DNA of 59,260 nt from Dehalococcoidia bacterium. GTDB taxonomy: Bacteria; Chloroflexota; Dehalococcoidia; DSTF01; JALHUB01. The DNA lies in assembly GCA_034420175.1 (NCBI GenBank), contig DAOULP010000225.1, positions 1 through 59,260 of the forward strand. The letters are read 5' to 3'. The notes beneath the pieces are model-generated. The model worked only from the letters and a program-made list of their open reading frames with translations. It had not been told where the DNA came from and ran no database searches. Shown here in pieces: positions 36,856 through 45,770 of this stretch (its first letter is position 1; each line of letters begins with the position of its first letter). Made by a program: the position numbers and the translations under genes.

Positions 36856-37830
36856 CTAGGATTCATCCTCCCCAACTGACTCCTTGGCAGTTGTCAGCAC
36901 ATTCTGCAGTTGCTGATAGTACACAGGCTCCTCGTGACGCAGCGTGTCAACGAATGACATGTAGTCAGCGTGAGTCAAGGGATCAATCTGGAGACCCCCT
37001 CCATCCTTGAACAGCAAGACAACGACGCCCGAACTTCTGTCGTGAAGCCAGCCCAACTGATACTCCTTGACCTCGCGCCAGGCGGCATACTTGTCGTACT
37101 TTGCCAGACCGCTGAAATCCGGACGACCTGCTTTGTCCATCAGGTAGGCAGATTTGGTGGCCCCCGGTTTCCGATTCTTGTTCAGCGAAGCAATCATGTC
37201 GCTGGCAGACTCTATGCCGACACCGTGACCGTAGTACTCCCCGTCCCCGAGATCGATCACGTTCTCTCCTTGCCACCACGGGGTCTTCGGGTTCACTTCC
37301 GGGTTCTTGAAGTACCTCCGGTCTCCAGGTAGATAGTCCGGTTCCTTTTGCCAGGTCAACCCAAGGTCTTGGTCAGACTTCCAGCCCTTCAGCACAATTC
37401 CCTGAAATAGCTTGTTGAATATCGCTGGGTGGAGTGATTCCAGAAGCGCCTTATAGTAGACGATCATCATCGCGGTGGCGCACTCGAATGCATACTGCGG
37501 GCCATTCGTGAAGATGTCAGCAATGGCGGCAGAAGGCTCAGTGCCCTGTCTTAGTTGGAACCCGCCAGCGCTGGTGCGATCCCAGAAGGCGGAGTTGCAC
37601 TTCGAGTATTTGAAGGTGGCGAAAGTGGCGCCACTCCCCTTGAGAGCCTTTGCGCTGGCAATGATATTCGTCCTCACCTTCAGTTCGAACTTCAGTTGGT
37701 CTAGCGAACCGTAATCGTGTGCCGTGCCACTTGCGGCCATGCTGTTGATGATATCCCTTCCGGCGCTGCCTGACGGCCACTGCCCGTTGATGCTACCGGG
37801 AGAGACGGTGGTCCCCGAGACTCTGATCAT
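36856..37830 (-). CDS. tgl: Protein-glutamine gamma-glutamyltransferase (Bacillus Tgl-type transglutaminase) with a C-terminal extension
   Basis: Collinear with B. subtilis Tgl as recalled: MIRVSG, LKFELKVR, YAFECATA (Cys117), YFKNPE, QGENVI (Glu189), YGHG (His202), GATKSAYL. Confidence 0.92.
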   Translation of the reverse strand: MIRVSGTTVSPGSINGQWPSGSAGRDIINSMAASGTAHDYGSLDQLKFELKVRTNIIASAKALKGSGATFATFKYSKCNSAFWDRTSAGGFQLRQGTEPSAAIADIFTNGPQYAFECATAMMIVYYKALLESLHPAIFNKLFQGIVLKGWKSDQDLGLTWQKEPDYLPGDRRYFKNPEVNPKTPWWQGENVIDLGDGEYYGHGVGIESASDMIASLNKNRKPGATKSAYLMDKAGRPDFSGLAKYDKYAAWREVKEYQLGWLHDRSSGVVVLLFKDGGGLQIDPLTHADYMSFVDTLRHEEPVYYQQLQNVLTTAKESVGEDES

Positions 37831-38840
37831 CGTGAACCTCCCAGGTCCGCTGCTTTCAGTTGCTCCGCCAATGGAGTGCGAATCCAGGCGTCCCAAGAGT
37901 CGACCTTCTGGTGACGCGTCACGGCTGAGTGCGCGGCAAGACCGACTTTGAGGGGGTCGTCCAGGTTCCTGAATTCCTCTAGAACTCGGCCTTCGTCCTC
38001 CGTCAGGGGGCCCAGTATCTCCCCGGAGTCAATCGATACGAACCTCCCTAGGTACTTGGCCTCCAACACCACAGCATAGGGTGTCGGTTCGCTCGTCATC
38101 TGGAAGCTCTCGCCCTGGAAATACAGAAAAGGTCCGTTCTCTTCAAGCCACTTGTGGAAAGCTCGATACTGCTGTTCGCCCTCGTTGTCTCCGCGTACAT
38201 CTATCCCTGGCACAAAAGCAAGCAGGCGACGCGCTAGTTGACGCTCCCCTGCGCGTGGAGATCGAAGGCGGTCAGCAATCATCAACAGGCTGTGTGGCTG
38301 ACGGGCTTCGAAGAATGCCCACACCAGATCTTCGACGTCCACGTTCACGTTTGTCGCGGCGCGAGCGAAGATCAGCTCCACCACCTTCGGCAACACGTCT
38401 CTGTCTCCGAACGTGACCGTCAAGAGCGAAGCCGTCGCGTCCAGCACGTGGCCATACTGAGGATCCGATGCGAGCTGCGGGACGCCGGTTTCCAGCATCC
38501 ACCTCAACACGGAGTGAACCATTTGCACGTGGTCGGCTATCGATAGGCGGTAGGAAACAGCAGGCGAATCCCCCTCACCCGACAGAATGTCCCTGACAAG
38601 CTCCATTGCGATTCGGTTGCGCTCGTTCAGTCTGCCAGGGAGGGCCAGATTCTCCACATCATCCCGAAGGACAAACAGAGAGGGGAACTGCAAGTCTTCA
38701 TGATTGAGTGCGTCAGTCGCATCTTCTGCGTCACGAGCGGCGGAGTCGCGAAAGAGCTTCTTCAGCGCTTCAACGCCATCATCCTGCCTGACTTGATCCA
38801 GACGGGCTGTTCTGTGCTCGTGCTTGTCTGCTGTCGCCAC
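37827..38840 (-). CDS. Helical hypothetical protein translationally coupled to tgl
   Basis: GAGGGAGG RBS and GTG 38840; ATGA overlap with tgl; motifs DLVWAFFE, FLYFQGESFQ, EAKYL. Confidence 0.8.
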   Translation of the reverse strand: MATADKHEHRTARLDQVRQDDGVEALKKLFRDSAARDAEDATDALNHEDLQFPSLFVLRDDVENLALPGRLNERNRIAMELVRDILSGEGDSPAVSYRLSIADHVQMVHSVLRWMLETGVPQLASDPQYGHVLDATASLLTVTFGDRDVLPKVVELIFARAATNVNVDVEDLVWAFFEARQPHSLLMIADRLRSPRAGERQLARRLLAFVPGIDVRGDNEGEQQYRAFHKWLEENGPFLYFQGESFQMTSEPTPYAVVLEAKYLGRFVSIDSGEILGPLTEDEGRVLEEFRNLDDPLKVGLAAHSAVTRHQKVDSWDAWIRTPLAEQLKAADLGGSR

Positions 38841-38997
38841 GCTGCCCTCCCTCTCGCCTGCTGCCGCGCCACTTCTTCTCACCGGCGCCGACCGGGAAGC
38901 TCCGTGATGCTGTGAGTCTCGGCGCAGGTACGATGACTACCGACACGGGCGTCGAATGACGGCCCGTTCGTCGTTTTGGCGACTCAACGGTGACCGT

Positions 38998-39025
38998 ATT
39001 ATACGCGTTCTCCACCCGTTGACAA
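38998..39025 (-). promoter_or_regulatory. sigma70-like promoter driving the tgl unit
   Basis: Minus strand reads TTGTCA-N16-TATAAT (plus strand TGACAA 39020-25, ATTATA 38998-39003). Confidence 0.55.
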
Positions 39026-39193
39026 GCCCACCCGGCCAAACTCGGCGCCGATCCGCCGTGTTCAGTTCGGCGGGTGAAGGGGGACCATCGGGCTACCAGG
39101 CAGCGACCCCTGTCGCGGGGGACGGCAAGAGGTTCGCGCCTCACCCGAGGCGCGTCGGGATGGGTCTGGCGAAGGGGTCAGCCCTTACTCAGG

Positions 39194-40069
39194 CTAGTCC
39201 GCGGTAGGCGGCTCGATCCTGATGCCGGGGTCGTTGAGGTCCTTGATCTCCATGAAGAAGCTGAGGCTCATCTCGTTGCCTTCTTCGTCCTCGCCGCGGA
39301 CCTCGGCCTCCATGCGGACCGGCCAGTTGCCGTCTTTGGCCACCCACAGATCGTAGGTGATCTCTTCCGGCATGCCCTCCAGGTCCCACATCTCCCCCAT
39401 GTCCTCGCCGAGGAGATCGGCCAGGCGCGTGATCTCGGCCTCGTCCAGGTGGTAGTGAAGGGTGTCGACGCCGTTCATTGTCTCCTCATCGGCTCCCAGG
39501 CCGGTCAACTCGGGAATGGAGAAGCCCTCGCAGATGTCCGAGGTGAAGCTCATGTCTCCGCCCTCACCGGCCGTTTCCTGCCACTCTGGGTCGTCGGCCA
39601 GCTTGGTCCACTCCTGGTCGCCGATGGTGATGGTCGTCACCTCGAAGTCACCGAGCTTCATCCGCGCCTCGCTCCGGTCCGGAGCGACGAAGGTGCCCTC
39701 CACGCTCATGTCCGTGAAGCCGGTGAGCAGGGCGCCCATCAAGGGGGCCAGCGCCTCGCCGAACTCATCGAAGCCGTCGCCGGTGATGTCCGCCTCGCTG
39801 GTCGGCTGCGCCTCCTCAGGCCGGTCGATCCCCTCGAACTCCTCCAGTGCCTCCTCGAGGCCCGGGACGTCCATCTTCATGCCCATGGCGAAGCGGTAGC
39901 TCGTGATGTCTCCTGGGACCTGGCACGGGGAGTCGGCCAACGAACCGGTCGCCGTCTTGGCGGGGGACGGAGCCGGCGTCGGCTGTTCGGTGGGTTCGTC
40001 GTCCCCTCCGCCGCAAGCGGCGAACAACAGGCCCAGCAGCGCGATGAGTGCGAGTAGTCGAAGTCTCAT
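39194..40069 (-). CDS. Lipoprotein (LppX/LprAFG/LolA-like beta fold possible)
   Basis: LLFAACGGG lipobox; acidic; ETMNGVDTLHYH and YDLWVAKDGNWPVRME strands. Confidence 0.8.
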   Translation of the reverse strand: MRLRLLALIALLGLLFAACGGGDDEPTEQPTPAPSPAKTATGSLADSPCQVPGDITSYRFAMGMKMDVPGLEEALEEFEGIDRPEEAQPTSEADITGDGFDEFGEALAPLMGALLTGFTDMSVEGTFVAPDRSEARMKLGDFEVTTITIGDQEWTKLADDPEWQETAGEGGDMSFTSDICEGFSIPELTGLGADEETMNGVDTLHYHLDEAEITRLADLLGEDMGEMWDLEGMPEEITYDLWVAKDGNWPVRMEAEVRGEDEEGNEMSLSFFMEIKDLNDPGIRIEPPTAD

Positions 40070-40178
40070 GTCGGTCCTCCCCGTGGCCCCGGCGGTCGAC
40101 GGTGACCGCGGCCGGTCTGTGCCGGCCTCGTCCGGGCCACCTCGGCTTCTATGGGGATCATCGGTCGGGCGGCCGCCG

Positions 40179-40862
40179 TCAGCAGCGCCCGCCGCGTCTT
40201 GGTTGCCTTGACAGGGTGGGGGGAGAGGAGCTCTTGGCTCTCCTGGCGACCCCGACGAGCATGGGGCCGGGCACAACCAGGGCATGTCGAGTCAAGTCAA
40301 CGATCTCAAAGCCTGCTTCGGTGATGGCCTCGCCCGTGCGCCGGTTGAGGCGGCAGCCGCCGTCCAGCCATCGGGTGACGGGCGTCACCGCGTCTTGGAG
40401 CAGCCCGCGCAGGCCGCCGTCGTAGCGGACATGCTCGATGAACCGAAGGGTGCCGCCGGGCTTCAGCACCCGTCTTGCCTCGGAGAGGGCGCGGGCCGGA
40501 TCCCGCACGCTGCAGAGTACCAGGATGCTCACAGCATGGTCGAAGCTGGCCTCCTCGAAGGGCAGGTTCTCGGCGGCGTGCTGGCGCAGCTCGATGTGAG
40601 TCAGCCCCATCTCCTCCAGGCGGCTCCGGGCCCGCGCCAGCATGAACGGGTCCGGCTCCGTGGCCACCACCTCCTGCGCCTTCTCGTAGTACGGGAAGCT
40701 GTAGCCGGAGCCCGCGCCGATCTCCAGCACGCGCCCTTCCGCCCCTCCAGCGATGTACGCGCGGTGGCGGCTCACCCACTTCTCGCCGCCGCTGTTGAGG
40801 AGGTCATACACGGCGGAGTGCCACCGGCGCCCCTTGAACACATGACTGGATTCGCTGGCCAA
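40179..40862 (-). CDS. Class I SAM-dependent methyltransferase
   Basis: VLEIGAGSG, LPFEEASFD, LVLCSV, LKPGG.L.FIEHV. Confidence 0.9.
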   Translation of the reverse strand: MASESSHVFKGRRWHSAVYDLLNSGGEKWVSRHRAYIAGGAEGRVLEIGAGSGYSFPYYEKAQEVVATEPDPFMLARARSRLEEMGLTHIELRQHAAENLPFEEASFDHAVSILVLCSVRDPARALSEARRVLKPGGTLRFIEHVRYDGGLRGLLQDAVTPVTRWLDGGCRLNRRTGEAITEAGFEIVDLTRHALVVPGPMLVGVARRAKSSSPPTLSRQPRRGGRC

Positions 40863-40927
40863 CGTGTTGACTCCCGCCCTCCAATCGCCACCGCCTGCCC
40901 TGCGTCAAATGGCAGCAGTGGCTTCTC

Positions 40928-41683
40928 CTACCGGAAGAGGTCTCTGTCGGGGTCGCGGACCAGGTCGCGGCCGCGGCCGCAGCCGGTCTCGAAGCGGTAG
41001 CCGCGGATGAGCGTCGCGGGGATGCGCTCCAGCTTGCCCGCCACCAGTTCGGCGGCGGCGGCGAGCTCGTCGGCGACGGCGACCTGAGTGACACGCAGCT
41101 CGTAGCCGTAGGGGTCCTGCTGGCCGGAGTAGTTCTTGAGGGCCACGAGGCCGGCCACGCCGATCGCCACCTCGTCGCTGCCCTCGCGCCAGGGCCTGCC
41201 GAACGTGTCAGAGATGATGACTGCCACCCGCGCGTTGGCCCGCTCCTCGACAGCGCGGCGCAGCGCCTCGGCCGAGCTGTCGGGGTCCTCGGGCAGGAGC
41301 GTGAGAAGGCCCGGGCCGCCGGCGTTCGAGGCGTCGACGCCGGCGTTGGCGCAGATGAAGCCGTGGTGCGTCTCGGCGATGATGATGCCGCGGTCCATGC
41401 GCACGATCCGGCGGCTCTCGCGCAGCACCACCTCTACGTGCCGGGCGTTCTTGCCGGTCTCCTCCGCCACTTGCCGCGCAAAGCTCGACGGCTCGACGGT
41501 TGGCAGGCTCACGACCCGGCCCTCCGCCTTCGACACCACCTTCTGGGTCACGACCAGAATGTCGCCGTCGACGGGGGGCGTGTCCTGGCGATGGGCGGCG
41601 TCCAGGATGAGGGCCGCCAGGTCGTCGCCCGAATGTACTTCGGGGATACCGGCAACGCCGATGATGCGGACTTCGGGGGTCAA
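40928..41683 (-). CDS. cofE: Coenzyme F420-0:L-glutamate ligase
   Basis: GIPEV..GDDL, VVTQKVVSKAEG, CANAGVD.SN, ISDTFGRPWR.G, ADELAAAA. Confidence 0.95.
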   Translation of the reverse strand: MTPEVRIIGVAGIPEVHSGDDLAALILDAAHRQDTPPVDGDILVVTQKVVSKAEGRVVSLPTVEPSSFARQVAEETGKNARHVEVVLRESRRIVRMDRGIIIAETHHGFICANAGVDASNAGGPGLLTLLPEDPDSSAEALRRAVEERANARVAVIISDTFGRPWREGSDEVAIGVAGLVALKNYSGQQDPYGYELRVTQVAVADELAAAAELVAGKLERIPATLIRGYRFETGCGRGRDLVRDPDRDLFR

Positions 41684-42354
41684 GAGGGGCTCCGGGTCGG
41701 CCGACCGCTCTCCAGTCCGACGATGCGGACACCGGTCTCGGCCTTGTGGAGGCGGTTCAGGTTGAGGAGGAGAACGGTCAGCACCTCGACATAGCGGGCG
41801 TTGCTCAGTCTCCCGCCATCGACGGCGCGGAGGCCGGGGATCTTCTCAGCCAGGGCCATGGCCGTCGCCTTGGCCTCCGGGTCATCACCGCAGACCAGGA
41901 CGTCGCCCTCGAGCGTCGTGCCCTCCTCCTGGAGCTTGTGCGCGCTGAGGGTGTGGAAGGCGGCAGCCAGTCGAGAGCGGGGCAGGAGCCGCTGCGCTTC
42001 CTCGGCGGCGGAGCCCTCCTCCACCGGAACGGGGCGGGCCCGCCCCTTCTCGAAGGCCAGCGGCACAACCGTGTCGACCACGATCTTCCCTTCGAGAGCG
42101 TCGGCCAGCTCGGCGAGCGTGGGCCGCTGCCCGGCGTAGGGCACCGTGATGAAGACCACGTCGGCGTCGGCCACGGCGTCTCGATTGAGGGCGCCGCGGA
42201 CACGGGCCGAAGGCGAGCGCTCTCGGACCCAGGCGGCGGCGTCCTCGGCGCGGTCCGGCTTGCGGGAGCCGATGACGACCTCCTCGCCGGCCACGGCCAG
42301 GCGAAAGGCCAGCCCCAGTCCCTCGGGTCCGGTGCCCCCAATGAAGGCGATCAT
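41680..42354 (-). CDS. npdG: NADPH-dependent F420 reductase
   Basis: IGGTGPEG.GLA, VIGSR, VDTVVPL, DVLVCGDD, DGGRLSNA. Confidence 0.95.
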   Translation of the reverse strand: MIAFIGGTGPEGLGLAFRLAVAGEEVVIGSRKPDRAEDAAAWVRERSPSARVRGALNRDAVADADVVFITVPYAGQRPTLAELADALEGKIVVDTVVPLAFEKGRARPVPVEEGSAAEEAQRLLPRSRLAAAFHTLSAHKLQEEGTTLEGDVLVCGDDPEAKATAMALAEKIPGLRAVDGGRLSNARYVEVLTVLLLNLNRLHKAETGVRIVGLESGRPTRSPS

Positions 42355-42415
42355 GGGCGAATAGAATCCGTCATGCTCAGAAGTGGGCTAAGCCTAGCAA
42401 GCGCCCTGGGCGGCG

Positions 42416-43360
42416 TCAAGGAGACACCGCGCCGGCGACGCGCAGGACCTCGCGGGCCAGCGACTCGCGCTCGGCGGGGCCGGTCATGACGGTGTTGGTG
42501 ACGACAGGCCGCATCCCCAGCGCCGCCACGTCGTCCGCCTGCGCCGTGTCCTGTTCGTCCAGCACGAAGGCCTGGGCGAAAGGGGCGTAGAGTCGGGCCA
42601 CGCCGCGCGCGCTCACCTCGTGGCCGAGCCCGGAGAGCATCCCGTCGGCAGGCGGCTGGAAGACCCGTCCCGCGACGACGGGACTGACTGCCACGACCGG
42701 CGCCGAGGCGGACCGTACGGCTTCGCGGACGCCGAGCAGCGACAAGATGGGCTCGATACTGCCGATGGGGTTGCTGGGCGCTACCACGATGACCTCCGCC
42801 CCGGCCAGGGCCTCCAGCACGCCCGGCGCCGGCCGAGCCTGCTCGACACCCTGGAATCGCACCGCTCGCACGCGGTCGCGGGCGCCCCGTTTCACAAGAT
42901 ACTCCTGAAAGCTGAGAGTACCGGCGTCGGTCTCGACTATCGTGGGCACGCGATCGTCGGTCATGGGGAGCAGGCGGACCTGTACACCCAGCCGCCGGGC
43001 GATGTCGGCCGCCGCCTGGCTCAGGGTCCCGCCCCGGCGCAGGAGGGCCGTGCGGTGGACGTGGGTCGCCAGGTCGCGGTCCCCGAGGCCAAACCAAGTC
43101 TCGCCGCCGAGCCGGGCCAGCGCCTCCAGACAGTGGAACGTGTCGCCCTGGTAGCCCCAGCCGCGGCTCTCGTCGACGAGGCCGGCCAGGGCGTAGGTGA
43201 CGATGTCCAGATCGGGGCACACGTAGAGGCCGAAGAACTCCTCGTCGTCGCCCGTGTTGACGATGGCCGTCACCTGCTCCGGCCTGACGACCTGCACCAG
43301 GCCTCGCAGGAAGCGCGAGCCGCCGACGCCGCCGGAGAGGACGGTTATCAAGCCCCGCAT
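42416..43360 (-). CDS. cofD: 2-phospho-L-lactate transferase
   Basis: LSGGVGGSRF, VNTGDD, CPDLD, LGDRDLATH, LPMTDD, PSNP..SI.PIL. Confidence 0.96.
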   Translation of the reverse strand: MRGLITVLSGGVGGSRFLRGLVQVVRPEQVTAIVNTGDDEEFFGLYVCPDLDIVTYALAGLVDESRGWGYQGDTFHCLEALARLGGETWFGLGDRDLATHVHRTALLRRGGTLSQAAADIARRLGVQVRLLPMTDDRVPTIVETDAGTLSFQEYLVKRGARDRVRAVRFQGVEQARPAPGVLEALAGAEVIVVAPSNPIGSIEPILSLLGVREAVRSASAPVVAVSPVVAGRVFQPPADGMLSGLGHEVSARGVARLYAPFAQAFVLDEQDTAQADDVAALGMRPVVTNTVMTGPAERESLAREVLRVAGAVSP

Positions 43361-43420
43361 CGGTCATTCCCCCGCGTGGCCGGGAGAGGCCAGGGGGCCT
43401 GGCGGACGCGCTGAAACCTG

Positions 43421-44662
43421 CTACCGGACATCGAGGAACACCGGGTTGGACCAGGCGAAGCGGTAGGGGCCGTCGGGCCGCTCCTGAGACGTGACTTCGA
43501 CGCGGTAGTAGCCGTCTGCCGTCACACCGCCGTCGATCAGGGTGTCTTCGTAGGCAGGCTGCATGGGGCTGATCGTCCGCCAGACCTCGCCGTTCTTGAT
43601 GACGTCTATCTTGACCAGTATGGCATTCGGGCTCTCGGAGTTGGCGCAGAGCCTGAGATTGGCCGACCTGTCACCGGTGGCAGCACGGACGGTGCCGCCC
43701 ATGAGCTCCCCATTGACTTCGAAGGCGAGCGACGGCCCGGTGGTGGCGAAGCCGCGCCCCGCCTGGATGGCCTCGTAGACCGCTTCTGGGGTCAGCTCCG
43801 TCACGTAGAGGCCGTTCTTCGCCACGCCGACATTCGAGTCGGGGTCGCCGGTGTTGTGGGCGTCGCTGTTGGCGACACCGAAGATGGGCCTGTCGACCCG
43901 CCCCTCCACGTAGGCCATGAGAAGCTCATCCCACGAGTTCAGGGGCGCCTCGGGCGAGCCCAGCCACTGGCCGACGCCCGTCAGCAACTTGGTGGCGGAG
44001 TGGACGCCGAGCCTAAGGGGAAGCGATTGACCGCCGAAGGACGCCTGCGTATTCAGGTCTCTCTCGCCGTAGAGGCCGAGGTCGCTCAGCGTCTTCGCGA
44101 ACGCGAGCGCCTCTGTGTCGTCGTAGCCCAGCAGCCTGGCGTAGCGGAAGATGTCGTCGATGTGGCTCTGGTTGTAGACCTCAATCCCGTCCACGCCGTA
44201 CTCGAGCCGGGTGGAGCCCGATGTGTGGCAGTGGATCGCGATTCCCCCGTTGGAGTGAATGTAGGCGGCCCATTTTGCCAGGGTGTCCGCATACATGGGA
44301 CCGGTGCCCGCCGGGTTGGGCGGATCGGGCCACGCCTCCTCAGGGCAGAGCTCGCTGGCGTCGTCGCCTACAAAGGGCGCCGCGACGTTGAAGCCGAGCA
44401 TGTGCGAGCGGTTGAAGATGCCCTCGCTGCCGGTGATCTCAAAGCCCAGCAGGGCGAGGAAGGTGCCAGGATCCGACGCCGCAGCGGTCTCGGCAACCAG
44501 CGCCTTCCATTTCGCCCTCGTCAGGTTTCCGCAGTGGTCGGTGATGATGACGGCGTTGAGGCCACGGCGAAGTGCCGTCGCCTTGATGTCTTCCACCGAG
44601 CCCGTGCCGTCAGAGTGAGTTGTGTGAATGTGGCCATCGTAGTAGATCAACGAATACGGCAC
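43421..44662 (-). CDS. PHP-family metallohydrolase (CehA/McbA-like)
   Basis: GHIHTTHSDG, ITDH, GFEIT, SH, IHCH, NSDAH. Confidence 0.85.
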   Translation of the reverse strand: MPYSLIYYDGHIHTTHSDGTGSVEDIKATALRRGLNAVIITDHCGNLTRAKWKALVAETAAASDPGTFLALLGFEITGSEGIFNRSHMLGFNVAAPFVGDDASELCPEEAWPDPPNPAGTGPMYADTLAKWAAYIHSNGGIAIHCHTSGSTRLEYGVDGIEVYNQSHIDDIFRYARLLGYDDTEALAFAKTLSDLGLYGERDLNTQASFGGQSLPLRLGVHSATKLLTGVGQWLGSPEAPLNSWDELLMAYVEGRVDRPIFGVANSDAHNTGDPDSNVGVAKNGLYVTELTPEAVYEAIQAGRGFATTGPSLAFEVNGELMGGTVRAATGDRSANLRLCANSESPNAILVKIDVIKNGEVWRTISPMQPAYEDTLIDGGVTADGYYRVEVTSQERPDGPYRFAWSNPVFLDVR

Positions 44663-44744
44663 AGCATCAAGCCCTCAATGTCAGCCCAGGGCGGCCTGAC
44701 CGGCACGTCTCTGGTGGGTCTTCTGCCGCCAGAGTTGGATCGGA

Positions 44745-44804
44745 CCCCAGCCTCAAGGCTGGGGAATGAGAAGGCGAATCTATGCCCCCGCCTTCAGGCG
44801 GGGG
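44745..44804. repeat. Pair of GC-rich hairpins resembling IS200/IS605 or REP ends
   Basis: CCCCAGCC-TCAA-GGCTGGGG (44745-64) and CCCCCGCC-TTCA-GGCGGGGG (44785-804). Confidence 0.5.
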
Positions 44805-44949
44805 TCGAGAACCCGCCAACGACATGCCAGGCACAGGGCAACCCCTCATTTGCGCCGGACGATCGTGCATAATAGAATACACTGCTGCTCGTTCAGGCAA
44901 GTCCTGCCAGCAGGTAGGCTCGAATCTCACCCCGAATCAGGATCCCCGA

Positions 44950-45768
44950 ATGCCAAAGCCCCCGGGCGCCGACACCAGCGAAGCCCCCTCTCCCGCGGGC
45001 TGGCACGTCTCCATCGACAGGCTGACACATGTCTTCGACCGGGGCAATCGGCCCCTGACGGCCCTCCGCGACGCGAGCCTCCGCGTCGGATGGGGGGAGT
45101 TCGTTTCCGTCATCGGGCCCAGCGGCTGCGGCAAGTCCACCCTCCTCCGTCTCACCGGCGGGCTCCTGCAGCCGACGGCAGGCCGGGTGGAGGTCGCCGG
45201 CGCCACTCCGGCGGAGGCGCAGCGGCGCAAGGCCATCGGCTATGCCTTCCAGGATGCCTCGCTCCTGCCGTGGCGGACGGTTCTCGCCAATGTCGCCCTT
45301 CCATTGGAGGTGAACCGGCGGGAAGCGCGTCGCCGGGACCCCCGCGAGCTGCTGGACCTGGTCGGACTGCGCGAGTTCGAGAGCTACTACCCACGAGAGC
45401 TATCGGGCGGGATGCAGCAGCGGGTGGCACTGGCGCGGGCGCTGGTCTTCGAGCCCTCCCTCCTGCTCATGGACGAGCCCTTCGGCGCACTGGACGAACT
45501 CACGCGCCGCGCTATGCGCTACGAGCTGCTGCGCATCTGGCAGGCAGGCAACGGGGCGACCGCACGCAAGACTGTCGTCTTCGTCACCCACAGCATCCCC
45601 GAGGCCATCACCCTCTCTGATCGCGTGGTGGTGATGTCGGGGGCGCCGGGGACGGTACGCGCCGTCATCGATGTCGACTTGCCACGGCCTCGAGACGAGG
45701 ACATGGAGACGCAGCCCGCCTTCCTGGACTACGTGGTCCGCCTGCGCCGGCTGCTGGGGGTGGTCTGA
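44950..45768 (+). CDS. ABC transporter ATPase (NitT/TauT/ThiZ-like)
   Basis: [27 protein letters not shown]. Confidence 0.95.
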   Translation: MPKPPGADTSEAPSPAGWHVSIDRLTHVFDRGNRPLTALRDASLRVGWGEFVSVIGPSGCGKSTLLRLTGGLLQPTAGRVEVAGATPAEAQRRKAIGYAFQDASLLPWRTVLANVALPLEVNRREARRRDPRELLDLVGLREFESYYPRELSGGMQQRVALARALVFEPSLLLMDEPFGALDELTRRAMRYELLRIWQAGNGATARKTVVFVTHSIPEAITLSDRVVVMSGAPGTVRAVIDVDLPRPRDEDMETQPAFLDYVVRLRRLLGVV

Positions 45769-45770
45769 CA

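Noticed and set aside
36065-39190. Calling the tgl region an intact mobile element
   Set aside because: No integrase, transposase, tRNA target or flanking direct repeats seen; only composition supports foreign origin.
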